NCBI GenBank assembly: GCA_964504905.1
Contig: CAZDGT010000123.1
Location: 1 to 32,695, forward strand
From: an uncultured Bordetella sp.
Lineage (GTDB): Bacteria; Acidobacteriota; Terriglobia; Bryobacterales; Bryobacteraceae
Length of the DNA stretch: 32,695 bases
Direction: 5' to 3'
This document shows, piece after piece, positions 14,577 through 24,681 of this stretch; within the stretch, counting starts at the first letter, position 1, and every line of letters begins with the position of its first letter. The position numbers were made by a program, and so were the translations under genes. The notes below the pieces were generated by a model that worked only from the letters and a program-made list of their open reading frames with translations, was not told the origin of the DNA and made no database searches.

Positions 14577-16232
14577 GTGCGAAAACATGTTCTGCTAGCG
14601 CTGGTGGCTACGTGTGCTTCGGCGCAATCGCCACTGAGTAAGATCCTGTCGGGTGAGCTGGATCGGAACTTCGCCGCTCTCAAAGCGAAGGGCGATCCGG
14701 CGCCCTACTTCATGGGCTACTCGGTGACCGACAGCGAGTCCAACATCCTGAGCGCCAGCGATGGCGCGTTGTCCAGGCAGAACCACAGTCATGCACGGGT
14801 GCTCGATATCACGATACGTGTGGGTTCGCCCAAGTTCGACAACTACCGGCGCGTGAACGGTCAGACTCCGCACTTCACGGTTACCTCGACGATCGCGCTT
14901 GACGACAGCCCGTTGTCGATCCGGCAGGCTACTTGGCTGGCCACGGACCGCGTCTATCGCAATGCTTCCCAGCGCCTCATCCAGATCAAGGCGGATGAAA
15001 AACTAAAGGCGGCAGCGACCGACGGCTCCGACGATTTCTCGGAAGAAGCACCCCAGGTATTCTTCCAGCAGCCTCCGCCGCTCAAATTCAGCGCCACGGA
15101 ATGGGCTGCCCGTCTGCGGAAACTCTCTACTGAGTTCACAAAGTACCCGGGAGCGCTGAACTCCAGCATCACTCTGCAGACCCAGCGGTCGATGGAAACC
15201 CTGGTCACCACGGAGGGCACGCGTCTGGAACATGGCCGCCTGTTCAGCCGCATTATTATCACCACGGCGGGGAAGGCGTCCGACGGCATGGATTTGCAGA
15301 CCATGGAAAGCTTTGAAACCGACGATCCCGCGCGATTGCCCAAGGACGCAGAAATTCTGGCGGCCGTTGAGAAGGCTGGCAAGAACCTGCAAGACCTCCT
15401 GCAGGCTCCGCCCTCGGATCCTTTTGTGGGCCCCGCCATCCTCTCCGGCCGCGCAGCGGGTGTCTTTTTTCATGAGATTTTTGGGCACCGCATCGAGGGA
15501 CACCGCCAGAAGGACGAAGCGGAGGGGCAGACGTTCACCAAGAGTGTGGGCAAACAGATCCTGCCGCCGTTTCTCTCCGTGGTGTTCGATCCCACGCTGC
15601 GCGAGTTTCAAGGCACGATGCTCAACGGTTCCTATCAGTACGACGACGAGGGAGTGAAGGCCCGCCGCGTTCCCATCGTTGAAGCGGGCATTCTGAAGAC
15701 TTTTCTGATGTCGCGCTCTCCGATCGACGGTTTCCCCAACTCCAACGGCCATGGGCGCAGGCAACCCGGCGCGGAAGTGGTGTCGCGGCAATCGAACCTA
15801 TTTGTGGAGTCTTCAAAACAAGTCAGCGATAAGGAATTGCGGCAGATGCTGATCGAAGAAGTGAAGAAGCAAGACAAACCTTACGGACTGTTCTTCGATC
15901 AAGTGACCGGCGGCTACACCACCACGGCCCGTCGCGGCTTGCAGGCTTTTACCGTGGTTCCGCTGGTGGTCTACCGCGTTTACCCCGACGGACGGCCCGA
16001 TGAATTGATTCGTGGCGTGAGTATCGTAGGCACGCCCCTCGCCAGTTTCGGAAATATCGTGGCGACCTCCAACAAGAGCGAAATTTTCAACGGCATTTGC
16101 GGCGCCGAGTCGGGCAATGTGCCGGTGGCGGCGATTTCGCCGGCGCTCCTGGTATCGAGTATCGAAATACAACGTAAAGAACGCTCCCAAGACCGGCCAC
16201 CCTATCTGCCGCGCCCGGAGGCCAAGCCTTAA
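14577..16232 (+). CDS. Exported TldD-like zinc metallopeptidase (catalytic subunit)
   Basis: GTG start and a Sec-type signal (MRKHVLLALVATCASAQS). The HExxxH motif is FFHEIFGHRIEGH. The C-terminal conserved GxC..VPV motif is NGICGAESGNVPVAAISPALLV. Confidence 0.85.
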   Translation: MRKHVLLALVATCASAQSPLSKILSGELDRNFAALKAKGDPAPYFMGYSVTDSESNILSASDGALSRQNHSHARVLDITIRVGSPKFDNYRRVNGQTPHFTVTSTIALDDSPLSIRQATWLATDRVYRNASQRLIQIKADEKLKAAATDGSDDFSEEAPQVFFQQPPPLKFSATEWAARLRKLSTEFTKYPGALNSSITLQTQRSMETLVTTEGTRLEHGRLFSRIIITTAGKASDGMDLQTMESFETDDPARLPKDAEILAAVEKAGKNLQDLLQAPPSDPFVGPAILSGRAAGVFFHEIFGHRIEGHRQKDEAEGQTFTKSVGKQILPPFLSVVFDPTLREFQGTMLNGSYQYDDEGVKARRVPIVEAGILKTFLMSRSPIDGFPNSNGHGRRQPGAEVVSRQSNLFVESSKQVSDKELRQMLIEEVKKQDKPYGLFFDQVTGGYTTTARRGLQAFTVVPLVVYRVYPDGRPDELIRGVSIVGTPLASFGNIVATSNKSEIFNGICGAESGNVPVAAISPALLVSSIEIQRKERSQDRPPYLPRPEAKP

Positions 16233-18025
16233 TGCCCCCTCTTTCCCGGCGTCATTTCCTGATCGCTGCAGGATTAGGCGCGCCCTTGGCCCGTTTGCTT
16301 GGCCAGGATCCCTATGCGGACGATGTCATTCTGCGCGCCATGAGGGATGAATTGGAGCGCTCCCGCCAGCTGAGGGTGGTCGGCGGAGGCGCCGATGACC
16401 TGCCATATTTCATCAGTTATACGCTTGACGACAACGACGCCTTTGCAGTGAACGCAAGTTTCGGTGCGGCGAATTCGGTGTCGCGCAATCGCTTCCGGCT
16501 CCCGAACATTGAAGTGCGCGTGGGCAGCTACGATTTCGACAATACCGGGCACATCTTTAGCGGTCTTTACACCGGCTCACGCTACGATACGGAACCTCTG
16601 CCGCTCGATGATGACTACCGCACCTTGCGCGAGGCTCTGTGGCTGGGAACGGACCACGCCTACAAAGCCGCTGTCGAATCCATCGCACGCAAACGGGCGT
16701 CGCTTACCAATGCCGCTGCGCCCGCCGAGAAGCTGCCGGATTACACCAAAGCCGAACCCACTGTGAGTCTCGCGAAAGTAGTACGCACCAAGTTCGATGA
16801 GGCCGCATGGACCGCGCGCATGGTGAAGCATTCCGCGCTGTTCAACGATTATCCCGAAATCCTGGCCTCGGGCGTCGAATTCCATGCAAACCACGACACC
16901 ACTTATTATCTGGATACCGAAGGAACCGCGTTGCGCTATCCGGACGATGTGGTTTGGGTTTTCGGGCGTGCGGAGGGGCAGGCCGCCGATGGGATGGTGG
17001 TGCGGGACACCCTGGTGAGGCCGGCGTTTACGCTGGCCGAACTCCCTAACGAACGGGATCTGCAAGCATCACTGACGTCTCTGGCCCACAACGTTCAGAC
17101 GCTTCTACAGGCTCCGGTAGGGGAGTCTTTCACTGGTCCCGTGCTGTTTGAACCACAGGCCGCGGCTCAACTGCTGGCACAACTGTTGGGCGACAACCTG
17201 CGCGTTCCGCGCAAGCCGGTTTCCGATCCCAATCGCCCGGTCAACGTCATCGCCAGCGAGTTCGAAGGACGCACCGGCTCACGTGTGCTCCCGGAATGGA
17301 TTGATGTCGTGGACGATTCCACGCAGACCACCTACCAGGGCAAGACACTGATGGGCTACTATCCATTTGATTTTGAAGGCGTAAGGCCCAAACCCGTTTC
17401 GGTGATCGAAAAGGGAGTGCTCAAGACTTTTCTGACGACGCGTCAGCCAGCTAAGAATTTGCCGGCCTCCAACGGGCACGCCCGTTTCCCTGCCGGGTTC
17501 GGCACGCGCGCCGCCGCGACCGGCAATCTCTTTGTAAAGCCCGCACAGACAACGCCGCTGGCGGAACTCAAAACGCGTTTGATCCAGATGTGCAAAGAGC
17601 GGGACAAGCCTTACGGCCTGCTGATCCGTAAACTCGATTTTCCGTTCTCTGGAGGCAATGCCGAGATCCAAACGCTGCAGACCGGTTCGGCAAACTCGGG
17701 CGGTTCGGTGCGCCCGGTCAGTCCTCCGATTTTGATGTACCGCGTATACCCTGACGGGCGTGAGGAATTGATCCGGGGTATGCGTTTCCGCGGAGTCTCT
17801 ACGCGCTCGCTGCGCGATATCCTGGCAGCTTCCTCGGAAACAGCGGTATTCGACTACATTAACAATGGAGTGCCTTTGGCGCGCACCGGCGTCCCCGGCT
17901 ATATTGCCCCGACCTCCATCATCGCCCCGGGATTATTGTTCGATGAACTGGAAGTGGACCAGTTACAGAACCAGTTGCAAAAACCACCTCTGGTTCCGGC
18001 CCCGAACCGGACCGCGACCCCCTAG
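16232..18025 (+). CDS. Exported TldE/PmbA-like partner subunit (no HExxxH)
   Basis: The start overlaps the upstream stop (TAATG). A twin-arginine signal is present (SRRHFLIAAGLGAPLARLLG). The sequence is collinear with TldD/PmbA-family proteins, but the metal-ligand positions are not conserved (LFEPQAAAQLLAQLLGDNL, with no GxC near the C-terminus). Confidence 0.8.
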   Translation: MPPLSRRHFLIAAGLGAPLARLLGQDPYADDVILRAMRDELERSRQLRVVGGGADDLPYFISYTLDDNDAFAVNASFGAANSVSRNRFRLPNIEVRVGSYDFDNTGHIFSGLYTGSRYDTEPLPLDDDYRTLREALWLGTDHAYKAAVESIARKRASLTNAAAPAEKLPDYTKAEPTVSLAKVVRTKFDEAAWTARMVKHSALFNDYPEILASGVEFHANHDTTYYLDTEGTALRYPDDVVWVFGRAEGQAADGMVVRDTLVRPAFTLAELPNERDLQASLTSLAHNVQTLLQAPVGESFTGPVLFEPQAAAQLLAQLLGDNLRVPRKPVSDPNRPVNVIASEFEGRTGSRVLPEWIDVVDDSTQTTYQGKTLMGYYPFDFEGVRPKPVSVIEKGVLKTFLTTRQPAKNLPASNGHARFPAGFGTRAAATGNLFVKPAQTTPLAELKTRLIQMCKERDKPYGLLIRKLDFPFSGGNAEIQTLQTGSANSGGSVRPVSPPILMYRVYPDGREELIRGMRFRGVSTRSLRDILAASSETAVFDYINNGVPLARTGVPGYIAPTSIIAPGLLFDELEVDQLQNQLQKPPLVPAPNRTATP

Positions 18026-18034
18026 GTTTCCCAC

Positions 18035-20377
18035 ATGCGTTTGCTCAGCCGCACTATTCTTCGCGAGCTGTTGGTAACAGCGCTGCTGTGGGCGGTTTTG
18101 TTCACGTTCCTGATTTTTCTAGTGAGGGCGCGTCCGCTATTCGAGTTCCTGGTGCGCAGCACCGGGCCGCACTCAACGGTCGTCTACCTTTTCCTGCTGG
18201 TGCTGCCGCAGGCGCTTCCCTTCACGGTTCCCATGGGCGTGCTGGTAGCGGTCCTGATCACGCTGACCCGGATGTCAACCGACGGCGAAATCACAGCGAT
18301 GCGCGCGGCCGGCATCCCGGGACGCCGTGTGGCGCCGCCCATCTTGCTATTTGGATGCGCCGCCCTGGTAGTCGCCGCGGTTTCTTCGCTGTGGTTGACG
18401 CCCTGGGCCATCCGCGAACGGTTTCGCGTGGAGAACCTGCTGATCGGCAACGGCCTGACCTCCGATGTCCAGCCGCGCGTATTTGAAGAACGCTTCCCCA
18501 ACTCCATTCTCTACGTTACCGATGTCACAACCGGTATCACGGGACGCTGGAAGAGGGTCTTTCTCGCTGACATCACGCCGCCCGAGAGTCGTGCGCCGGA
18601 CGCGCCCGAACGAGGCGACGGTCCGCGCATTACGCTCGCCTCGGAAGCCGTCGTGGTGGCCGACGCGGCTCTGAACCGCCTGCAGCTTTCCTTACAAAAT
18701 GGCAGTACCTACGAGGCAGGAAAGGATACCAGCGACTACCGCATCACCGCGTTTCCGGTGGGCGATCAGGGTCTGGAAGCCCGCAGGCCGGCTGAGGTCC
18801 GCGCCACGCGCCCATCCGTGGAAATGGATACGCGGCCGTTGTACCGCCTGGCGTATCACGACAACAAGCTGGACCGCACCGCGAAGCTCGATGCGCGCAC
18901 GGAACTGCATCAACGTTTCGCCTTGCCCCTAGCCTGCTTGTTGATGGCGCTGGTCGGTGTGCCCCTGGGCGTCACGCGCCGGCGTGCTGGGAAATCCGCG
19001 GCGGTCGTGATGACCGCCGTGCTGGCCTTTCTCTACTACATGGCGCTGATCGCATTTATCGGCATGGCGCGGCAGGGGACGCTATCTCCAGAAGCAGCGG
19101 TATGGCTCCCCAACCTGCTCTTCGCCATAGGCGGGGTGATCATGCTGGCGCGTCTGGAAAAACCTGGGGATCTAGATCTGATGGGGGCCATCAGCAGCCG
19201 CCTGCGCCCGCTGCCCCGGAGCATTCGCCGGCCACTGGAGCGTTTGGAGCCGCGATATTGGCTGGCCCGGTTTTCGCTGCTGCCGCGTGTCACCGATACT
19301 TACGTGCTCTCCAGCTTCCTGTTTTATTTCGCCGTGCTCCTGGCTAGCTTCGTATTGATGTTCCAGGTATTCACGTTTTTCGAATTGCTCAGCGACATCA
19401 TCCGCAACCGTATCTCGATGGATCGCGTGCTGGTGTATCACTTCTTCCTCACGCCCAGGCTGATCTATGAGCTGGCTCCCTTCGCGGTGCTGACGGCGGT
19501 GCTGGTCTCATTCGGCATCTTGACCAAGCACAACGAAGTGACGGCGCTCAAAGCTTGCGGCGTCAGTGTCTATCGGCTGGCAGCGCCCATATTGGTGGCG
19601 GGTGTCGTACTGAGCGGCAGCTTGTTTGCTTTCGATCACTATTGGGTTCCGGAGGCCGACCGCCGCCAGGACGCCATTCGTGCAGAGATCAAGGGCCGTC
19701 CGGCGCAAACCTTCCTTCGCCCGGATCGCCGCTGGATTTCCGGCCTGCACGACCGCATGTTCTATTACAAGTATTTCGATCAGGCGCAACACGTGATGCT
19801 GGGCGTGAACGTTTTTGAAATCGATCCCGTTCGTTTCCGCCTTAAACGCCATATCGCCGCCGAACGCGCCCGCTGGGAGGCCAGCCTGAATGCCTGGGTA
19901 TTCGAGAATGGCTGGAGCCGCGACATGAACGGCAATACCGTAACGCGCTTCGACGAATTCGTCGGCGGCACCCGCACGTTCCCTGAACTGGAGGAGCCGC
20001 CGGACTACTTCATCAAGGAAGTGAAGCAGTCCCGCCAGATGAATTTTCAGGAGCTGGACTCCTACATTCGCGAGTTGCAACAGAGCGGGTTCGACACGGT
20101 GGCCCTGCAAGTGCAGCTACAAAAGAAATTTGCTGTGCCGCTATTCGCGCTAATCATGGCTATGGTTTCCATCCCTTTCGCCTTCCTGACGGGCAATCGC
20201 GGCGCCATGGCCGGCGTGGGCGTCAGCCTGGGAATCGCCATTGTTTACTGGTCGGTGGGGCAGGTATTCGAGCAATTCGGAAACCTAAGTCAGTTGCCGG
20301 TGCAGATCGCGGCGTGGTCACCGGATGCCGTCTTTTCGCTGGCAGGCCTTTATTTTTTGGCGCGGATGCGGACCTGA
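18035..20377 (+). CDS. Fused LptF-LptG family LPS-export permease (two YjgP/YjgQ modules in one 780-aa polypeptide)
   Basis: The N-terminal half begins MRLLSRTILRELL.. and contains TRMSTDGEITAMRAAGI. The second half begins ..LLPRVTDTYVLSSFL.. and contains TKHNEVTALKACGV. Each half has a TM bundle and a periplasmic insert. A linker of about 35 aa (EKPGDLDLMGAISSRLRPLPRSIRRPLERLEPRYWLARF) joins them. Confidence 0.8.
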   Translation: MRLLSRTILRELLVTALLWAVLFTFLIFLVRARPLFEFLVRSTGPHSTVVYLFLLVLPQALPFTVPMGVLVAVLITLTRMSTDGEITAMRAAGIPGRRVAPPILLFGCAALVVAAVSSLWLTPWAIRERFRVENLLIGNGLTSDVQPRVFEERFPNSILYVTDVTTGITGRWKRVFLADITPPESRAPDAPERGDGPRITLASEAVVVADAALNRLQLSLQNGSTYEAGKDTSDYRITAFPVGDQGLEARRPAEVRATRPSVEMDTRPLYRLAYHDNKLDRTAKLDARTELHQRFALPLACLLMALVGVPLGVTRRRAGKSAAVVMTAVLAFLYYMALIAFIGMARQGTLSPEAAVWLPNLLFAIGGVIMLARLEKPGDLDLMGAISSRLRPLPRSIRRPLERLEPRYWLARFSLLPRVTDTYVLSSFLFYFAVLLASFVLMFQVFTFFELLSDIIRNRISMDRVLVYHFFLTPRLIYELAPFAVLTAVLVSFGILTKHNEVTALKACGVSVYRLAAPILVAGVVLSGSLFAFDHYWVPEADRRQDAIRAEIKGRPAQTFLRPDRRWISGLHDRMFYYKYFDQAQHVMLGVNVFEIDPVRFRLKRHIAAERARWEASLNAWVFENGWSRDMNGNTVTRFDEFVGGTRTFPELEEPPDYFIKEVKQSRQMNFQELDSYIRELQQSGFDTVALQVQLQKKFAVPLFALIMAMVSIPFAFLTGNRGAMAGVGVSLGIAIVYWSVGQVFEQFGNLSQLPVQIAAWSPDAVFSLAGLYFLARMRT

Positions 20378-20382
20378 TCCCC

Positions 20383-20412
20383 TTGACTCTAAACGCCAAA
20401 TGGGAGTAAAGT
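20383..20412 (+). promoter_or_regulatory. Candidate sigma70-type promoter TTGACT-N18-TAAAGT
   Basis: TTGACT is at 20383-20388 and TAAAGT at 20407-20412. The -10 element ends 9 nt before the ATG at 20422, which would give a leaderless or near-leaderless mRNA. No well-spaced SD is visible. Confidence 0.25.
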
Positions 20413-20421
20413 GGCGATATT

Positions 20422-20826
20422 ATGCAGAACCGAACGTTCATTTTGCTTTCCGGTATTGTCCTGGCGCTGGCGGCCGCGCCCGCATTCGGTCATCACTCCT
20501 TTGCGGCTGAGTATGACTCCAACAAGCCCGTAACCCTGAAGGGTGTGGTTACGAAAATGGAATGGCAAAATCCGCACGCGCGGTTCTATATTGACGTCAA
20601 AGACGAAGCCGGTGTTGTGACCAACTGGGACCTCGAGTTAGGCAGTCCCAACGGTCTGATGCGGCGCGGCTGGACGCGCAATTCCCTCAAGCCCGGCGAC
20701 ATCGTAACAGTGGATGGGTACCTCGCCAAGGACGGCAGCAAGCTGGCGAACGCCCGCAACGTGACTCTAGGCGACGGACGCAAAATCTTTGCTGGCTCCT
20801 CTGACGACGGCGGCCCAAGCAAGTAG
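20422..20826 (+). CDS. Exported DUF6152-family protein
   Basis: The signal peptide ends ..AAAPAFG and is followed by HHSFAAEYD...VTLKGVVTKMEWQNPHARFYIDV, which is the pattern I associate with DUF6152. Confidence 0.75.
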   Translation: MQNRTFILLSGIVLALAAAPAFGHHSFAAEYDSNKPVTLKGVVTKMEWQNPHARFYIDVKDEAGVVTNWDLELGSPNGLMRRGWTRNSLKPGDIVTVDGYLAKDGSKLANARNVTLGDGRKIFAGSSDDGGPSK

Positions 20827-20838
20827 TCCGCGGTCAAT

Positions 20839-22082
20839 TTATTCGTAGTGCAGGGCGTGAATCGGGTCCATGTAAGCAGCTTTGCGCGCCGGGTAATATC
20901 CGAACGAAACCCCGACTAGCGCGGAAAATACGAACGCCAGCAGGATTGATCCCAAGCTGACCACAGTGGACCAGTCGGCAAAGTACGAAATCAAACCGCT
21001 GACAGTTAGGCCCAGCATGATTCCGACGATGCCTCCGGCGACCGAGAGTGTGACGGCTTCCACTAGGAATTGCGACAGGATATCTTTTGTCTTCGCGCCG
21101 ACGGCCTGGCGCAAACCGATTTCTTTGGTGCGTTCGGTGACCGACACCAGCATGATGTTCATGATGCCGATGCCTCCGACAACCAGTGATACGGAAGCGA
21201 TTGCGGCCAGCAAGATCGACATAACGCTCGCCGAGGATTCCTGAGCTTTGAAGACTTCTGTCATGTCGCGAATACTGAAATCGTCGTCCTGTGTGCCCTG
21301 AATGTGGTGGCGCTGCCGTAGCAGTGTCATCATTTGATCCTGCGCGACGGTCGACATGCCTTCGCGTGCTTGCACCATGATCTGCCCCACGCTGGCGGCA
21401 TTGGCCTGGCTGGTGCCGATGACTTTCTTTTTGGCTGAACTGATGGGCAACAGGATTACATCGTCCTGATCCTGGCCCGTAGGGGACTGGCCCTTGGGAA
21501 CCAATGTTCCCGCGACGGTGAATGGTACCTTCTTAATGCGGATCACTTTGCCCACGGGATCCTCGCCGTTAAACAGGTTGTCGGTTACCGTTTTTCCTAT
21601 GAGCGCAACCTTCGCGGCGGCATCCACGTCGGCATTGGTGAACGGCTGGCCTTCTTCGATTTGAAGATCGCGAATGCTCAGATAGTCCGGCGTCGTGCCG
21701 AGGACCTGCGTGCCCCAATTGTTATTGCCATAGACGACTTGCGCGCCGCCCCGGCTCACGGGTGCGGCCGCTTGCACGGCCGGCGCGTCGCGAACCAATG
21801 CTTTGGCATCGTCTTCGGTAAGAGTTTGCGCGAAGCCAGAGCCTACGCGAACACCGGAAGTGGTCACGCTGCCGGAGAGAACGATGATGATATTGCTGCC
21901 GATGGAGGCGATCTGCTGCTGGATGCGCACTTGCGCCCCGGCGCCGACGGCCACCATGGCGATCACCGCCGCCACGCCGATGATAATGCCGAGCATGGTC
22001 AGCGCCGACCGCAGCTTATTGATGAGCAGCGCGCCGAACGCGATCTTCATGCTGGCGAGCAGTTTCTTGGAAAGGCTTGGCT

Positions 22083-22086
<4 letters not shown>
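20839..22086 (-). CDS. MacB-like ABC transporter permease (FtsX fold with periplasmic domain)
   Basis: 415 aa. An N-terminal TM segment is followed by a periplasmic domain of about 220 aa and three C-terminal TM segments, with the motif [15 protein letters not shown]. Confidence 0.9.
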
Positions 22087-22820
<734 letters not shown>

Positions 22821-22832
22821 GACGCGACCTCC

Positions 22833-24341
22833 TTAGAAGCCCAGCCGGCGTGTTCCGGGATTCGCCTGAGTGGCCGCGGGCACGGCAGCTTTGCTGGCTG
22901 ACGCCGTGCCAGTGATCACCAACTGACCTTCGTTCAAGCCGCTCAGAACTTCTGTAAAGTTGCCATCGGTGAGTCCCAGTTTCACCGGCACGCGCTTGGG
23001 TTTGCCCTGTTCGAGAACGTAGACCGTCTGCTGTGGTTGCGTGCCGGGAACGGACCGACGGCCCGATTTGCCCTGGCCTTTCGCCGCACCTGGAGTTGGG
23101 GCCGCTATGGCGGGATGGAAGCGCAGTGCTGCCGCGGGAACTCGCACGACGTTCCGCACCGCTCCGTTGATGATCCGGACATTGGCCGTCATGCCGGGGA
23201 ACAGCTTCAAGTCCGGATTTGAAACGGAAACCACTACGTCATACGTGACTACGTTCTGCACGTTGATCGGGGCCTGGCGGATCTGCACCACTTCTCCCGG
23301 GAAGGTCACTCCCGGATACGCGTCCACCGTGAAATTGGCGGACTGGCCCACACGAATGGGTCCGACGTCGGATTCATCCACACTAGTATCGACCTGCATT
23401 TTCGTCAGATCTTGCGCGATCTGAAAAATGGTGGGGGCCGAGAAGGACGCTGCCACCGTCTGGCCCACGTCCATATTGCGTGAAATCACGGTGCCGTCAA
23501 CCGGCGCGAGAATTTGTGTGTGCGCTAAATCCAACTGGGCTTGCTGCAGTGTGGCAGTAGCTTGTTTCACCTGCGACTGGGCTTGCTCGAGCTGAGTTTG
23601 CGTCACGTCTTTTTGGGATTGCGCGGACGTCACGGTTGACTGCGCCGCAGTAATCGCCGATTGGCCCGCGTCCAGGCTGGCGACAGCCTGGTCATAAGCG
23701 GCTTGAAAAGTGTCGGCTTCTTCGCGGGAAATCAGCCCCTGCTTGACCATCTCAATGCGGCGATCATTCTTGATCTTGGCATCGGCCACGGCGCTCTGCG
23801 CATGTGCCAAATTCGCTTTCTGACTGGCGACATTGGCTTGCGCGCCAGCGATATCCGACTGCGCTTTGGCGATCGAAGCGCGAGCGCTCACAACTGCCGA
23901 TTTCGCGCTATCGACGGCGGCGCGCGCCTGCTCCACGCGGGCCTGGAAAATTGCGGGATCGATGCGGGCAACCAGTTGCCCGGCTTTTACCTTTGTATTG
24001 AAATCCGCGTACAACTCCAGGATATTGCCCGATACCTGGCTACCGACCTGGACTGTCTTAACGGCGTTCACGGTACCGGTAGCAGTGATCGCCGCCTCAA
24101 TATTGCCTCGATCAATGGGAGTGGTGAGATACACCGGCTGTCCCGATCCGCGGAAATAGTACGTGGCGGCGACTGCTATAAGCACCACCAGACTGGCTGC
24201 CAGCCACCACTTTGAGCGATTTGACCGGCGCAGCGTGGTTTTGCCCGAGGGTGAAGGCTGGCCCCCCACCGCACTGGATATCGGATTAACTGGCTTAGAA
24301 TCATCACGAACTGGGGGATTCAGCAACTCTGTCGTTGGCAT
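22833..24341 (-). CDS. MacA/HlyD-type periplasmic adaptor subunit
   Basis: An N-terminal TM segment (WWLAASLVVLIAVAATYYF), a long Ala/Gln-rich coiled-coil hairpin, then beta-barrel and membrane-proximal domains. The gene heads the three-gene efflux operon. Confidence 0.9.
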   Translation of the reverse strand: MPTTELLNPPVRDDSKPVNPISSAVGGQPSPSGKTTLRRSNRSKWWLAASLVVLIAVAATYYFRGSGQPVYLTTPIDRGNIEAAITATGTVNAVKTVQVGSQVSGNILELYADFNTKVKAGQLVARIDPAIFQARVEQARAAVDSAKSAVVSARASIAKAQSDIAGAQANVASQKANLAHAQSAVADAKIKNDRRIEMVKQGLISREEADTFQAAYDQAVASLDAGQSAITAAQSTVTSAQSQKDVTQTQLEQAQSQVKQATATLQQAQLDLAHTQILAPVDGTVISRNMDVGQTVAASFSAPTIFQIAQDLTKMQVDTSVDESDVGPIRVGQSANFTVDAYPGVTFPGEVVQIRQAPINVQNVVTYDVVVSVSNPDLKLFPGMTANVRIINGAVRNVVRVPAAALRFHPAIAAPTPGAAKGQGKSGRRSVPGTQPQQTVYVLEQGKPKRVPVKLGLTDGNFTEVLSGLNEGQLVITGTASASKAAVPAATQANPGTRRLGF

Positions 24342-24424
24342 CTCACTCTCCTAACGCCATAAGAGAGTGCATTTGAGTTGCCGAAGGCGCCGTGCCCGTT
24401 TGCGACGCGCGCCAAAATAGACTA

Positions 24425-24438
24425 GACTAAGTTTAGTC
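24425..24438. promoter_or_regulatory. Palindrome GACTAA-GT-TTAGTC, candidate Phd/VapC autoregulatory operator
   Basis: Read directly. It is preceded by the direct repeat TAGAC-TAGAC and ends 9 nt upstream of the antitoxin ATG (24448). Confidence 0.35.
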
Positions 24439-24447
24439 CATTAGGCT

Positions 24448-24681
24448 ATGACCAACATTCACGAAGCCAAAACTCATTTCTCGAAACTAGTCGAGCGAGC
24501 TGCGGCCGGAGAGGAAATCATTATCGGCAAGGCGGGCAAACCTGTCGCCCGCTTAGTTCCCTACCGGGAAGAGCCTCCCAAACGGATGCCGGGCTCGATG
24601 AAAGGAAAGATCCGGATGGCTTCCGATTTTGATGATTTGCCGGCCGATGTCTTGGCCGCTTTCAATGGCGAACTTCCGTGA
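24448..24681 (+). CDS. Phd/YefM-family type II antitoxin
   Basis: The N-terminus MTNIHEAKTHFSKLVERAAAGEEIIIGKAGKPVARLVP is typical of the family. The stop overlaps the toxin start (GTGA). Confidence 0.9.
   Translation: MTNIHEAKTHFSKLVERAAAGEEIIIGKAGKPVARLVPYREEPPKRMPGSMKGKIRMASDFDDLPADVLAAFNGELP

Noticed and set aside
15003-15791. 262-aa ORF antisense to the TldD-like gene. The same applies to 2063..2818, 19508..20110, 16577..17065 and 7112..7606.
   Set aside because: All lie opposite or out of frame with genes that have clear family motifs. None has a start context or recognisable domain.
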